Shown here piece by piece: positions 9,977-20,808 of a stretch of DNA of 64,000 nt. Under the pieces are notes generated by a model. The model did no database searches. It was not told where the DNA came from and saw nothing but the letters and a program-made list of their open reading frames with translations. The first letter of the stretch is position 1; each line of letters starts with the position of its first letter. A program made the translations under genes and the position numbers. Source of the DNA: Sphingomonadales bacterium (GTDB lineage: Bacteria; Pseudomonadota; Alphaproteobacteria; Sphingomonadales; Sphingomonadaceae); the NCBI GenBank assembly GCA_017302615.1, contig JAFLDB010000006.1:68284-132283 (forward strand). Direction: 5' to 3'.

Positions 9977-12511
9977 ATGACCACCGACCGTTTCGATCCG
10001 GCCAGCGCCGATCCGCGCTGGCAAGCCGCATGGGATGAGGCGCAGAGCTTCAAGGCCGACGATTCGTCGCCCAAGCCGCGCAGCTATGTCCTTGAGATGT
10101 TCCCCTATCCCTCGGGGCGCATCCACATCGGCCACGTCCGCAACTACACGATGGGCGACGTGCTGGCGCGTTACAAGAAGATGCGGGGCTTTGAAGTGCT
10201 GCATCCGATGGGCTGGGATGCCTTTGGCATGCCCGCCGAGAACGCGGCCATGGAAAAGGGTGTCCACCCCGGCGGCTGGACCCGCGACAATATCGCCAAC
10301 ATGAAGGCCCAGCTCAAACGGCTCGGCTTCGCGCTCGACTGGAGCCGTGAACTGGCGACCTGCGAGCCGGACTATTACGGCCACGAACAGGCGCTGTTCC
10401 TCGAACTCTACGAAGCGGGGCTGGTCTATCGCAAGGAAAGCGCGGTCAACTGGGACCCGGTCGACATGACCGTGCTGGCCAACGAACAGGTAATCGACGG
10501 ACGCGGCTGGCGTTCGGGCGCGCTGGTCGAAAAGCGCAAGCTTTCGCAGTGGTTCCTCAAGATCACGCAATTTGCCGACGATCTGCTGAGCGGCTTGGGC
10601 GACCTCAAGGACTGGCCGGAAAAGGTCCGGCTGATGCAGGAAAACTGGATCGGCAAGAGCCAGGGCCTGCAGTTCAGGTTCTGGAACGCCGACCGCAGCA
10701 CCGAAGTGGAAGTCTTTACCACCCGGCCTGACACGATCTTCGGGGCCAGCTTCGTTGCCATCGCCGCCGACCACCCGATTGCCCAGGCGCTGGCCGAAAG
10801 CGATCCGGCCGTGGCGGCATTCGTGGCTGAATGCCGCAAGGGCGGCACCACCGCGGCCGAAATCGAAACCCAGGAAAAGCTGGGCCACGATACCGGCATC
10901 CGGCTGAAGCACCCGTTTGACGACGGCATCGACCTGCCGCTCTACATCGCCAATTTCGTGCTGATGGATTACGGCACAGGTGCGGTGTTCGGCTGCCCGG
11001 CGCATGACCAGCGCGACCTCGACTTTGCCCGCAAGTACGGCCTGCCGGTCACCCGCGTGGTCGCCGATGGCGATCTGACCGATCCGGTCTTCGCCGGCGA
11101 TGAAGCCTATACCGGCCCCGGCGCGCTGGTGAATTCCCGCTTCCTTGACGGGCTGGACGTGGAAACCGCCAAGGCCGAGGTGATCGCCCGCGCCGAAGCC
11201 GGCAACTGGGGCCACGGCACCACCGTATGGCGGCTGCGCGACTGGGGCGTTTCGCGCCAGCGCTATTGGGGCACGCCGATCCCGTTCATCCACTGCGATG
11301 CTTGTGGCGTCGTTCCGGTGCCCAAGGACCAGTTGCCGGTCGTGCTGCCCGAAGACGTCAGCTTCGACGTGCCAGGCAATCCGTTGTTGCGCCACCCGAC
11401 CTGGAAGCATGTCGATTGCCCCAAGTGCGGCAAGGCGGCGGTGCGGGAAACCGACACGCTCGACACCTTCGTCGATTCCTCTTGGTATTTCCTGCGCTTT
11501 GCCAGCCAGCCGGCGGACAAGCCGTTCGATCCGGATGTGATCAAGCAGTGGCTGCCGGTGGAGCAGTACATCGGCGGGATCGAACACGCGATCCTGCACC
11601 TGCTCTATGCCCGGTTCTGGACCCGCGCGCTGGCCCACATCGACCTGATCGACGTGAAGGAACCCTTTGCCAGCCTGTTCACGCAAGGCATGGTGACGCA
11701 CGAGACCTATTCGCGCGAAACCGATGGCCGGCCGGTCTATTTCAGCCCGGATGAAGTGCAGCGCAGCGGCGACGGCGCGACGCTCAAGGCCGATGGCCAG
11801 CCGGTTGAGATCGGCAAGGTCATCAAGATGTCGAAGAGCAAGAAGAATGTCGTCGATCCGGACGACATCATTGCCCAGTACGGGGCTGACGCAGTGCGCT
11901 GGTTCATGCTGTCGGACAGCCCGCCTGAGCGCGACCTGCCCTGGTCCGAAGCCGGGATCGAAGGCTGCGCCCGGTTCGTCCAGCGGCTGTGGCGGCTGTT
12001 CGGACAGGTCGGACTGGGTGGCGCCGGGGCCGATGCCGAACAGGACATCGCGCTGGAGCGCAAGCTGCACCAGACCATCGCCGCCGTAGCGAACGATATC
12101 GAATCGCTCTCGTTCAACAAGGCCGTGGCCCGGATCTATGAACTGACCGGCGCGATCGAAAAGGCCGCGCCCTCGGCCAGCCGCTCGGATGCGATCCGCA
12201 AGCTGATCCTGCTCGTCGCGCCGATGATGCCGCATCTGGCCGAGGAAGCCTGGTCCCAGTTCCGATTGGGCCTGGTCGCCCAGGCTGACTGGCCGCCGGT
12301 CGATCCGGCCTTGCTGGTTGAAGACGAAGTGACCATTGCCATCCAGGTGCTGGGCAAGCTGCGCGATACCATCACGGTGGCCAAGGGCCTGCCGCGCGAA
12401 GAGCTTGAGGCGCTTGCGCTGGCCAGCGAGAAGGTCCAGCGTGCGCTGGATGGCAAGCCGCTGAAGAAGGTGATCGTGGTGCCCGACCGTCTGGTAAACC
12501 TGGTGGCATGA
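9977..12511 (+). CDS. leuS: Leucine--tRNA ligase
   Basis: [13 protein letters not shown] (HIGH), KMSKSK (KMSKS), [14 protein letters not shown]. Confidence 0.98.
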   Translation: MTTDRFDPASADPRWQAAWDEAQSFKADDSSPKPRSYVLEMFPYPSGRIHIGHVRNYTMGDVLARYKKMRGFEVLHPMGWDAFGMPAENAAMEKGVHPGGWTRDNIANMKAQLKRLGFALDWSRELATCEPDYYGHEQALFLELYEAGLVYRKESAVNWDPVDMTVLANEQVIDGRGWRSGALVEKRKLSQWFLKITQFADDLLSGLGDLKDWPEKVRLMQENWIGKSQGLQFRFWNADRSTEVEVFTTRPDTIFGASFVAIAADHPIAQALAESDPAVAAFVAECRKGGTTAAEIETQEKLGHDTGIRLKHPFDDGIDLPLYIANFVLMDYGTGAVFGCPAHDQRDLDFARKYGLPVTRVVADGDLTDPVFAGDEAYTGPGALVNSRFLDGLDVETAKAEVIARAEAGNWGHGTTVWRLRDWGVSRQRYWGTPIPFIHCDACGVVPVPKDQLPVVLPEDVSFDVPGNPLLRHPTWKHVDCPKCGKAAVRETDTLDTFVDSSWYFLRFASQPADKPFDPDVIKQWLPVEQYIGGIEHAILHLLYARFWTRALAHIDLIDVKEPFASLFTQGMVTHETYSRETDGRPVYFSPDEVQRSGDGATLKADGQPVEIGKVIKMSKSKKNVVDPDDIIAQYGADAVRWFMLSDSPPERDLPWSEAGIEGCARFVQRLWRLFGQVGLGGAGADAEQDIALERKLHQTIAAVANDIESLSFNKAVARIYELTGAIEKAAPSASRSDAIRKLILLVAPMMPHLAEEAWSQFRLGLVAQADWPPVDPALLVEDEVTIAIQVLGKLRDTITVAKGLPREELEALALASEKVQRALDGKPLKKVIVVPDRLVNLVA

Positions 12512-13002
12512 TGCGCCTGCTGGTTCTGGCCTTTGCCCTGATGCTGTCCGCCTGCGGGCTCAAGCCGATGTATGCCGGCGGCGCCAGCGGCACGGTGGCG
12601 CGGGGTCTGGCCGGGATCGAGGTTTCGCCGATCGAGGGCAAGGCCGGCTGGCTGATGCGCAACGCCCTGATCGACCGGCTGGGGGCCAGCCACGCGGTCA
12701 ATGGCAAGGCCCGCTACCGGCTCGACGTGCGGCTTGATGACAAGCTCGAGGGGCTGGGCCTGCTGTCCGACGATACCATCGCCCGCGAACGCCGCACCCT
12801 GCGTGCGCGCTATCAGCTGGTCGATCTGGCCACGGGAGAGATCGTGCTGGATGCCACCGCCGGGTCCGATGCCGGGATCGACGTGGTCAGCAGCGAATAT
12901 GCCACCATCGCGGCCGAGAATACCGCGTTGGAAAACCTGACCAAGCAGGTTGCCGACCGGATCGTCACCCGGCTGGCGCTGGCCCTGCGCAACGCCAAGT
13001 GA
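12508..13002 (+). CDS. lptE: LPS assembly lipoprotein LptE
   Basis: Lipobox LSAC followed by GLKPMY; conserved position between leuS and holA. Confidence 0.85.
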   Translation: MMRLLVLAFALMLSACGLKPMYAGGASGTVARGLAGIEVSPIEGKAGWLMRNALIDRLGASHAVNGKARYRLDVRLDDKLEGLGLLSDDTIARERRTLRARYQLVDLATGEIVLDATAGSDAGIDVVSSEYATIAAENTALENLTKQVADRIVTRLALALRNAK

Positions 13003-14027
13003 AGGCGAGCCAGAAGGACTTCAAGAGCCTGGCCCCGCGCGCCGCGCGCGAGGCGCGGGTGTTCTTCTTCTGCGGCCCGGACGAGGCCGGAGCCAGCGAC
13101 GCCGCCCACACCATCGCCGGACTGCTCGACGATCCGGGCGAACGGATCGAACTGTCAGGCGCAGAGCTGAAACGCGACCCCGTCCGACTGGGCGACGAAG
13201 CGCGCTCCACCTCGCTGTTCGGCGACAAGCGCCATATCTGGGTCCGGGCCAGCGGGGACGAAGCCCACGACGCGGTTGCCAACCTGATCGGCGGCGATGT
13301 CGAAGGCTGCCCGGTGCTGATCGTCGCCACCGGGGCGAGCGACAAGTCACGAACCGCGAAACTGCTGGCCGCGCGCCCTGACGCACTGGTCGCCATGTTC
13401 TATCCCCCGGATCTGCGCAGCGTGACCGAGACGGTGCGGCAGATGGCCGGTCCTGCCGGCCTGCGGCTGGGCGGCGACCTTGCCGAACGGATCGCACGGG
13501 CGGCGGCGCTCGACACCCGCCTGGCTCAGTCCGAACTGACCAAGCTGGCGCTCTATCTCGATGCCAGCCCTGAAAGCCCGCGCACTGCCGATATCGCCGC
13601 TCTTGAGGCAATCGGTGCGCGGACGGAGGACGACGGCTTCGCCACGCTCGTCAGCGCGGTCTTGTCGGGTGAAACCGGGCGGGTGGGAGCGGAACTGCGC
13701 CGCATGCGCGAACTGGGGCTTAGCCCGGTGGGCGTCCTGCTGGCCTTTGAACGCCGCGCCGCCCAGCTGGCCCAGCTGGCCGGGCGGCTCGGCCGGCGCA
13801 GTGACATCCAGGCGTTCCTGAAGGAAGAGACCGCAGCCCGCCGGGTATTCTGGAAGGACGAGCGCGAACTCAATGAGCAGTTGCGGCGCTGGCGTGGACG
13901 GCGACTGGCAAGGCTGGTCGAACGGCTGATGGAACTGCATCGGTCGCTGCTGGCCAACAGCCAGAACGCCGAACTGCTGCTGGCCCGCGGCCTGACCGAC
14001 ATCGCCCGGGCCGCCGCCCAGCGGTAG
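12999..14027 (+). CDS. holA: DNA polymerase III subunit delta
   Basis: FFFCGPDEAG N-terminus, ELTKLALY motif, leuS-lptE-holA synteny. Confidence 0.88.
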   Translation: MKASQKDFKSLAPRAAREARVFFFCGPDEAGASDAAHTIAGLLDDPGERIELSGAELKRDPVRLGDEARSTSLFGDKRHIWVRASGDEAHDAVANLIGGDVEGCPVLIVATGASDKSRTAKLLAARPDALVAMFYPPDLRSVTETVRQMAGPAGLRLGGDLAERIARAAALDTRLAQSELTKLALYLDASPESPRTADIAALEAIGARTEDDGFATLVSAVLSGETGRVGAELRRMRELGLSPVGVLLAFERRAAQLAQLAGRLGRRSDIQAFLKEETAARRVFWKDERELNEQLRRWRGRRLARLVERLMELHRSLLANSQNAELLLARGLTDIARAAAQR

Positions 14028-14143
14028 TATCAGCCCGATCAATCGCTTACCCTGACATTTGCGGGTTGTGCATTGCGGCATTCTTGGCCAACATGGTGCC
14101 CGGTCGCGCTCCCTGCCTCCCTGGGTGACTTGCTGCATCGATC

Positions 14144-15268
14144 ATGGCCAGCCAAACTGCGCATTCCACCGGCCCCGTAGCCGGCCATCCGGCAGCATCC
14201 GGACCAACCGCCTCGCTCGAGCGACGGCGGCTGCAATGCTATCTCGCTCTCATACTGGCGGATTTGGTGGCTCTGTTCGCAGGCTTCCTGCTGATCGGCT
14301 ATCTTTATCTGGGGCGCGACGGAATCGCCCAGGCCGGTGTGCTGGCGCAATTGCTGCTGCCGGTGTTCCTGACCGTTGCCCTTTATAACGGGTCCTACTC
14401 GCTCAGCGCCCTCATGAGCACCCGCAATGGCGGCGTGAGGGCTCTGGCTGCGCTCGGAATTTCGGCGGCCGCCGTCGTCTTCATTGCCTTTTACACCAAG
14501 TCGAGTGGGGAGTTCTCGCGCCTCGTCTTCACCGCAGGGGTATTCGCCTCGGCCCTGATCCTCGGCTGGATGCGCTTGCAGATGCGGGCCTTCGTTCGCT
14601 GGCGCTGCGGCGAGAATGTGGTTTCGGAAGTGGTCATCGACGATGGGGGGCCTTTGCTCGACCTGCCCGGTGCGCGCCATTTCGATGCCGCCACCCTGGG
14701 CCTGTCACCCAGCCTGACCGATCCTCAGGCCCTCCACCGCATTGGCAGCGTCCTGGCTTCGGCCGACCGGGTGATCATCTCCTGTCCGCCCGAGCGCCGC
14801 GCGGCCTGGGCGATCATCCTCAAGGGTGCCAGCATCGAAGGGGAGCTGGTCGACCAGGCAGTGTCCGATCTTGGCGCACTGGGCGCGCGGATCGGCTATG
14901 GTCAGGGTTTACTGAAGGTTTCCGTCGGCCCCTTGGGCCTTCGCGCGCGGGTGATGAAGCGGCTGTTCGACATCGCCGTGGCCGGGGCGGCGGCAATAGT
15001 ATTGATGCCGTTGTTCCTGATCGTCACCCTTGCCATCCTGATCGAGGATGGCAGCCCGGTGCTGTTCGTCCAGCGGCGGGTCGGTCGCGGCAACCGCTTC
15101 TTCGACATGTATAAATTCCGCTCGATGTCTGATGCCCTGAGCGACAGCGACGGCAAGGTTTCGGCCAGCAGGGAAGACAAGCGGATCACCCGTGTCGGCG
15201 CGGTGATCCGCCGGACCAGCATCGATGAGCTGCCCCAGATCTTCAATGTGCTGAAGGGCGACATGTCG
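14144..15268 (+). pseudogene. Priming glycosyltransferase (WcaJ/WbaP-like), 3'-truncated
   Basis: N-terminal TM helices then KRLFDI, DGSPVLFVQRRVG, YKFRSM, RTSIDELPQIFNVLKGDMS; the expected VGPRP and C-terminal part are missing and the frame runs into unrelated sequence to a stop at 15424. Confidence 0.85.
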
Positions 15269-15270
15269 AA

Positions 15271-16911
15271 TTTGCCGAGGAGTTCATCCAGGCCACGCTG
15301 CAGCAGCGCTATGACAGTTCATCCTACGCCCGCGAATTCGTTGGCAATCAGCTGCAGGAAGCCAAGGGCAAGCTTGAACAGTCGGAACGTGACCTCAACA
15401 CCTACGCCCGTTCGGCCGGTCTGATCCGGACCCGCGATGCCGGTGCCCCGCCTGAAGCGGGCAGTGGCGCAGGCAGCGGCGCCTCGAGCATCACCACCGC
15501 CAGCCTGCTGCAGCTCAATGCCGAAGCTTCGCAGGCCCAATCGCGCCGCATTGCGGCAGAAGCCAAGCTCAAGTCGATCAATTCCAAGTCGCTGCTGGCC
15601 GATCGCGACGCCTTGCAGAACCCGGCCGTGCAGAACCTGTTCACCGAACGGGCCCGGATCGAGGCGAAGCTCGAAGACGAGCTGACCCGCCACCTGGATG
15701 GGCATCCCAACGTCCGCCAGTTGCGCGCCCAGCTCAAGTCGATCGACGATCAGCTGATGATGGCCGCCCAGAACGTCCGCAGCGCGGCCCGGGCAGAATA
15801 TGAAGCGGCCCTTGCCACCGAGCGGCAGCTCAAGGCCCAGGTCGATGCTCTCAAGGCTGCGACGCTGAACGAGCAGGACCAGTCGGTGCAGTACAACCTG
15901 CTGGCGCGCGAGGCGGACACCAACCGCGCGCTCTATGACGGGCTGCTGCAACGCTACAAGGAACTCAACGCTTCGGCCGGGATCTCGACCAGCAACATCT
16001 CGATTGTCGACCGGGCCGATCCGCCGATGGCTCCGTCCTCGCCGAACCTGATGAAGAACCTGGCCTATGCCCTGCTGGCCGGGCTTGGCATTGCCGCGCT
16101 GGTCACTTTCCTGCGTAGCCAGTTCGACGATACCGTCCGGGTCCCCGAAGACGTCGAGCACAAGCTGGAACTGCCGCTGCTTGGCGTCATTCCCAAGGCG
16201 CGCGAGGGCGATCCAGATGTCGAGTTGGCCGATCCGAAATCACCGGTTTCGGAAGGCTACAACTCGCTGCGCGGGGCGCTGCTCTACTCGACCAGCCATG
16301 GTCTGCCGCGCTCGATGCTGGTCACGAGCTCGCAGCCGTCGGAAGGCAAGACCACCTCGTCCTTCGCAATCGCCCAGGGTCTGGCGCGCATGGGCCGCAA
16401 GGTCCTGCTGGTCGACGTCGACCTGCGCCGCCCCTCAATTCATCGCCGCCTGTCGCTGGACAACGAGCAGGGCATGACCACACTGCTGACCTCGCAGGCT
16501 TCGATCGAAAGCGTGGTCAAGGATTCGGGCCATCCCGGGCTGACCGTGATCACGTCCGGCCCGATCCCGCCAAGCCCGACCGAGCTGATCGCCTCGACCC
16601 GGATGGAAGAACTGATCGAGGAGCTGACTGCCCGTTACGATGTCGTGGTGTTCGACTGTCCGCCGATCCTCGGTCTGGCCGACGCACCGCTGATGTCGGC
16701 GCTGGTCGACGGCGTGGTGTTCATCATCGAATCCGAACGCGCGCGTCGCGGCTCGCTCAAGGCCTCGCTGCGGCGCCTGCGCACCATGCGCCCGATGCTG
16801 CTGGGTGCGGTGCTGACCATGTTCGATCCGAGCAAGGCCGGCCACCGCTATTCGGAGTACTACGGCTACGAGTATTACACCTACTCGCCGTCGTCCGAGA
16901 AGAAGGACTGA
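15271..16911 (+). pseudogene. wzc: Wzc/GumC polysaccharide co-polymerase / BY-kinase, 5'-truncated
   Basis: Frame of ORF 15613 is open back to 15271 (FAEEFIQATLQQRYDSSSYAREF...LQEAKGKLEQSERDL); Walker A SSQPSEGKTT, LLVDVDLRRP, VVFDCPP and tyrosine cluster YSEYYGYEYYTY; N-terminal TM/Wzz part and start codon absent. Confidence 0.88.
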
Positions 16912-16914
16912 GGC

Positions 16915-18069
16915 ATGGCGCGGCTCCGCCCCTCCAGTGTGGCCATGCTGGGCGGAGTGGCGCTGTTTGCCGCACTGGCGCTGGGCAACGGCCTGGACCG
17001 GCTGTCGGCGACCCGGCCCGGGGCAGCGCAATGGGTTCCCGGTCCGCTTCGCGCCGAGGCCTGGCGGGCCGAGGCAGCGCGGCTGCTTGGTGCGGGCGAC
17101 GGAGCTGGCGCGACCGAAATGGCCACGCAGGCCGTGCGCGCCGATCCGATCGACCCGCGTTCCACGGCACTGCTCGGCGCGGGCCAACTGACCGATCGCA
17201 AGGCCGTACCGGCCGACCGATCGTTCCGGGTCGCCGCCCGGTTTGGCTGGCGCGATCCGCTGACCCAGATCTATTTCATGAATGCAGGCCTGGCTGGTGG
17301 ACAGCCGCGGCTTGCCGCCCTGCGGCTGGATGCCGTGCTACGTCAGGCCCCGTTCCTGCCGGTCCGCGACATGCTGTTTGCCGAGTTCGAAGCTACGCCC
17401 GAGCGGCGCGCGGCTCTGGCCGAGCGGCTGGCCATGAAGCCGTCATGGACCGAATCCTACCTGATCCGCAGTGGCGACCTTCCGCTTCCCACGCTTCAGG
17501 CCCGCGCGGCAATCGTGGCGTCGATGAAGGGGCCAGATTGGAATTGCGACACGGTTGAACCGCTGGTCACCAAGCTGATCGGCAAGGGCGGAATCGGTGA
17601 TGCCAAGCAGCTCTGGCTGGCCCAGTGTTCCTATGCCTCGCCCGGAATTGCCGATCCGCGCTTCACCCGCTTGCGCCGCAACGCCAATCCGGTCGCTTTC
17701 GAATGGAACCTGGCGGACAGCGGCGATGTTGCCCTTACCCCGGGGACCAGCGAAGGTGGTTTGCTGGCCCGGGTTTCCGGTCCGACCAGCTTGCCGATTG
17801 CCTGGCAGATGATCACGCCCGCGCCAGGCCGCTACCGCGTATCGTGGACCGCGCAGACCGCATCCGGCGGCGCCGCCAAGGGCGCGGGCCTGTCGCTCAG
17901 CTGCCAGCGCAATGACCGGCAGGCCCTGACCGCCAACGATCTTGGCAAAGGCCGGTTTGAGGCCTTCGTCACAGTCGATGGCACCTGCCCGGGGCGTTAC
18001 CTGACCTTGTGGCTGGCGCCGGGGAATGAGGACGTGCGGTTCGACAGCCTGGCCATCTCGCCGCTCTGA
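16915..18069 (+). CDS. Hypothetical exported protein (helical-repeat N-half, probable beta-sandwich C-half), EPS-locus associated
   Basis: N-terminal hydrophobic anchor; AVRADPID and GWRDPLTQ TPR-like segments; starts 4 nt after the wzc stop. Confidence 0.6.
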   Translation: MARLRPSSVAMLGGVALFAALALGNGLDRLSATRPGAAQWVPGPLRAEAWRAEAARLLGAGDGAGATEMATQAVRADPIDPRSTALLGAGQLTDRKAVPADRSFRVAARFGWRDPLTQIYFMNAGLAGGQPRLAALRLDAVLRQAPFLPVRDMLFAEFEATPERRAALAERLAMKPSWTESYLIRSGDLPLPTLQARAAIVASMKGPDWNCDTVEPLVTKLIGKGGIGDAKQLWLAQCSYASPGIADPRFTRLRRNANPVAFEWNLADSGDVALTPGTSEGGLLARVSGPTSLPIAWQMITPAPGRYRVSWTAQTASGGAAKGAGLSLSCQRNDRQALTANDLGKGRFEAFVTVDGTCPGRYLTLWLAPGNEDVRFDSLAISPL

Positions 18070-18088
18070 CCCACTCTCCCCGGCTGCC

Positions 18089-19375
18089 TTACTGATACAG
18101 CGCCTTGCGCGGCCCGAGATAGCCAAACAGGTAAGCGGCCACCTTGCGCATCTGGATTTCTTCCGCCCCTTCAGTGATCCGGTAACGGCGGTGGTGGCGG
18201 TAGATGTGCTCGAACGGCTTGTGGCGTGAATAGCCGATCCCGCCATGGACCTGCATCGCCCGGTCGGCAGCCTCGCAGACCAGCCGGTTGGCGTAGTAAT
18301 TGCACATCGAGATCTTGTCCGAGAGCCGGTGCTCGATCTCCTTGTGCTCCATCTGGTCCATTTCCCAGGCGGTCTTGTAGATCAGCGTGCGCAGCATCTC
18401 ACACTGGGTGGCCAGTTCGACGAGCGGGAACTGGATACCCTGGTTGCGGGACAACTCCTGCCCGAAAGGCTTGCGTTCGCGCGCATAGCGGACCGATTCC
18501 TCGACGCAGAAGGTCGCCGCGCCAAGCGAACTGGCGGCCTGGCGGATGCGGTTCTGGTGGACGAACGACTGGGCAATCGAAAGCCCGCCATCGACCGGGC
18601 CCAGGATCGCGCTGTCCGGCACCCAGACATTGGTGAAGCTGACGCGCGGGTGGTCGGTCGGCATGTTGAAGGTCCAGAGGTATTCCTCGATCACCAGGCC
18701 CTCGGTGGGATTGGGCACCAGGAAGCAGGTGATCCCCTTGGCATCGCCGTCCTTGCCGCTGGTCCGCGCGAAGGTGGCGCAGTGCGTCGCCACGTGCATG
18801 CCGGTGGTCCACATCTTTTCGCCGTCGATCCGCCAGCCCGGCACTCCGTCGCGGGTTTCGCGCACGGCCCTGGTCTCCATGTGGGTGGCATCGGAACCGT
18901 GATGCGGTTCGGTCAGGCCGAAAGCCGTGCGGCGTTCGCGGGCAAAGCCGCCCAGGATAAACTCCTTCTGTTGCTCTTCCGTCCCGAAGTGTTCGAACAT
19001 TGCCACGAAGGGAAAGTTGCCGACGATCGAGTGCTCGTTCTGCAGATCGTTGTGCAGGCCCAGCCCTTTGGCGGCAAAGCGGTCACGGATCACCGCCATC
19101 CACAGGTTGGAGCCATCCTTGCCGCCATACTTCTTCGGCGCCGAGAACCGCCAGTGCCCTGCTGCATCGGCACGCTTGCTGGCTTCGACCAGCAGCTTTT
19201 CCCACTCATGGCGGGGCAGACCACCATTCTCGAAGTCGGTCCGCGCCCATTCGCGCCGGTGATCGAAGAAGCGGATGTTGTCGTCCTGCTCCTCCAGCGG
19301 CTTGATCTCCTTGGCGATGAAGTCGTCCAGTTCGGCCAGATAGGCGACCAGGTCCTCCGGCAGGGCAAAATCCAT
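18089..19375 (-). CDS. Acyl-CoA dehydrogenase family protein
   Basis: FGLTEPHHGSDA, GEKMWTT, RKPFGQEL, QVHGGIGYS, RITEGAEEIQ. Confidence 0.93.
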   Translation of the reverse strand: MDFALPEDLVAYLAELDDFIAKEIKPLEEQDDNIRFFDHRREWARTDFENGGLPRHEWEKLLVEASKRADAAGHWRFSAPKKYGGKDGSNLWMAVIRDRFAAKGLGLHNDLQNEHSIVGNFPFVAMFEHFGTEEQQKEFILGGFARERRTAFGLTEPHHGSDATHMETRAVRETRDGVPGWRIDGEKMWTTGMHVATHCATFARTSGKDGDAKGITCFLVPNPTEGLVIEEYLWTFNMPTDHPRVSFTNVWVPDSAILGPVDGGLSIAQSFVHQNRIRQAASSLGAATFCVEESVRYARERKPFGQELSRNQGIQFPLVELATQCEMLRTLIYKTAWEMDQMEHKEIEHRLSDKISMCNYYANRLVCEAADRAMQVHGGIGYSRHKPFEHIYRHHRRYRITEGAEEIQMRKVAAYLFGYLGPRKALYQ

Positions 19376-19376
19376 C

Positions 19377-20723
19377 TCAGTTTCCTTCCCATTGCGCCCG
19401 CGCTACGGCGAGGGCTGAATATTTCGGCATGTCGGCTGAAAGCTTGGCGAGGGCCATGCGGCGCAACCGGGCAAGCAGGCCGGGAGTGGCCAGATCGGCC
19501 CGGCCGGCCAGCAGATCGGCGGCCAAGGTGGCATCGGTGGCCACCGGGCGCTGCTCGATCTCGCGCGCGACGATGCCCAGCGCATTGCGCGCCACCGCCA
19601 GGTCGAACTTGCCGCGCCCGGAAACCAGCGGCTTGATATCGCTGTTCAGCCATTCGGAAATGGCGGTCAGGATCTCCGCTCCGCTCGGCTCGCCAGTGGT
19701 CGGTGCCAACGGCTCCTGCGTCGGAGGGAGCGGACGTTTGCGCTCCTCTTCCGGCGCCAGATCTTCCAGCAGCAGCAGAAGATCGAGTTCCTGCTCGGCC
19801 GTCCGGCGCGCCACGACGACACGCTCTACCGAGCGGTCATGACCGGCCCGCCAGAACCCGCCCATCTGCAGGCAGCCCAGCGCCCACCAGAAGGTGCGGT
19901 AGATCGTCCAGAACCGGAACCGGGCAGGGTCGAAGCGCTCCCCCCCTGCCTCCTCATAAGCGGCGGCCAGTTCCTCCACCGTGGTCAGGCCATAGCCGGG
20001 CCGGTCGGGCCGGGAGAAACGCCAGACGGTCATGCAGCCGAAGGCCAGATCCTCATGCCAGTCACCCAGGTGCGCCAGTTCCCAGTCGAGCACCCCGGTC
20101 AGCCGCCCCTGCTCGAACATCAGGTTGCCAAGGCGAAAATCGCCGTGGACCAGCCGCGGCGGGACCGGCGGCGGAATATTTGCTTCCAGCCAGCGCAGCG
20201 CGAGGGCCAGGATCGGCCGGTCGCCGCCGTAATCGAGAAAACGCCGACGCAGTTCGCCCAGCGCTTCGGCCGTGTCCATCACTGGCACGGGCACACCGGT
20301 GCAATCGGTGCGATGGGTCGCCACCAGTTCGCGGGCGATGTCGCGGATTGCAAGCTGCGGATCGGCCTCGGCGAGGAAAGCGTTCGGATCGGGCGAGCCG
20401 GAAATCGCGCGCATCACATAGCCCGATCCGATCCCATCATCCGGCTCCAGCTCGACCAGCACTTCAGGCGCCATCACCCCGGCGGCGCGGGCGGCGCGGA
20501 TCAGGGCGGCTTCCCCGGCATGGTCCATTGGCCGACCAGCCATCATCTCCAGCGACGGCGCGCGGCGCAGCACGCAAATCTCATCCCCGGCGGCAAAGCG
20601 CCAGCTTTCCATGTTGGCACCGCCCGACAGCCGTTCCAGCCCCTGCGGTGCAGGCAAGCCGGCACGCGCCAGGGCGCGCGCCAGGCCATCGGCCAGGGGG
20701 GCGGCGCTTTCAGGATGGGACAC
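19377..20723 (-). CDS. APH/choline-kinase-like phosphotransferase with extra C-terminal domain (DUF6285/LvaB-like)
   Basis: LVHGDFRLGN, LDWELAHLGDWHEDLAF; ~100-aa helical C-terminal extension ending MPKYSAL; stop lies 1 nt before the ACAD start. Confidence 0.85.
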   Translation of the reverse strand: MSHPESAAPLADGLARALARAGLPAPQGLERLSGGANMESWRFAAGDEICVLRRAPSLEMMAGRPMDHAGEAALIRAARAAGVMAPEVLVELEPDDGIGSGYVMRAISGSPDPNAFLAEADPQLAIRDIARELVATHRTDCTGVPVPVMDTAEALGELRRRFLDYGGDRPILALALRWLEANIPPPVPPRLVHGDFRLGNLMFEQGRLTGVLDWELAHLGDWHEDLAFGCMTVWRFSRPDRPGYGLTTVEELAAAYEEAGGERFDPARFRFWTIYRTFWWALGCLQMGGFWRAGHDRSVERVVVARRTAEQELDLLLLLEDLAPEEERKRPLPPTQEPLAPTTGEPSGAEILTAISEWLNSDIKPLVSGRGKFDLAVARNALGIVAREIEQRPVATDATLAADLLAGRADLATPGLLARLRRMALAKLSADMPKYSALAVARAQWEGN

Positions 20724-20759
20724 GCCTGCGGCTCCTCTCGCTTGTCGTTTGCCGCAGGG

Positions 20760-20775
20760 TTAATCGCGCGATTAA
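20760..20775. promoter_or_regulatory. Perfect 16-bp palindrome TTAATCGCGCGATTAA, candidate operator
   Basis: Exact self-complementarity, AT-rich ends, 37 bp upstream of the kinase start. Confidence 0.5.
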
Positions 20776-20808
20776 ACGAGTCAAGCAGGCATGGCCGAAG
20801 CGCCAACG

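Noticed and set aside
15262-15280. Programmed -1 frameshift producing a WcaJ-Wzc fusion
   Set aside because: A -1 shift would join the frames, but TCG AAT TTG is not an X XXY YYZ slippery heptamer, and both proteins lack essential parts
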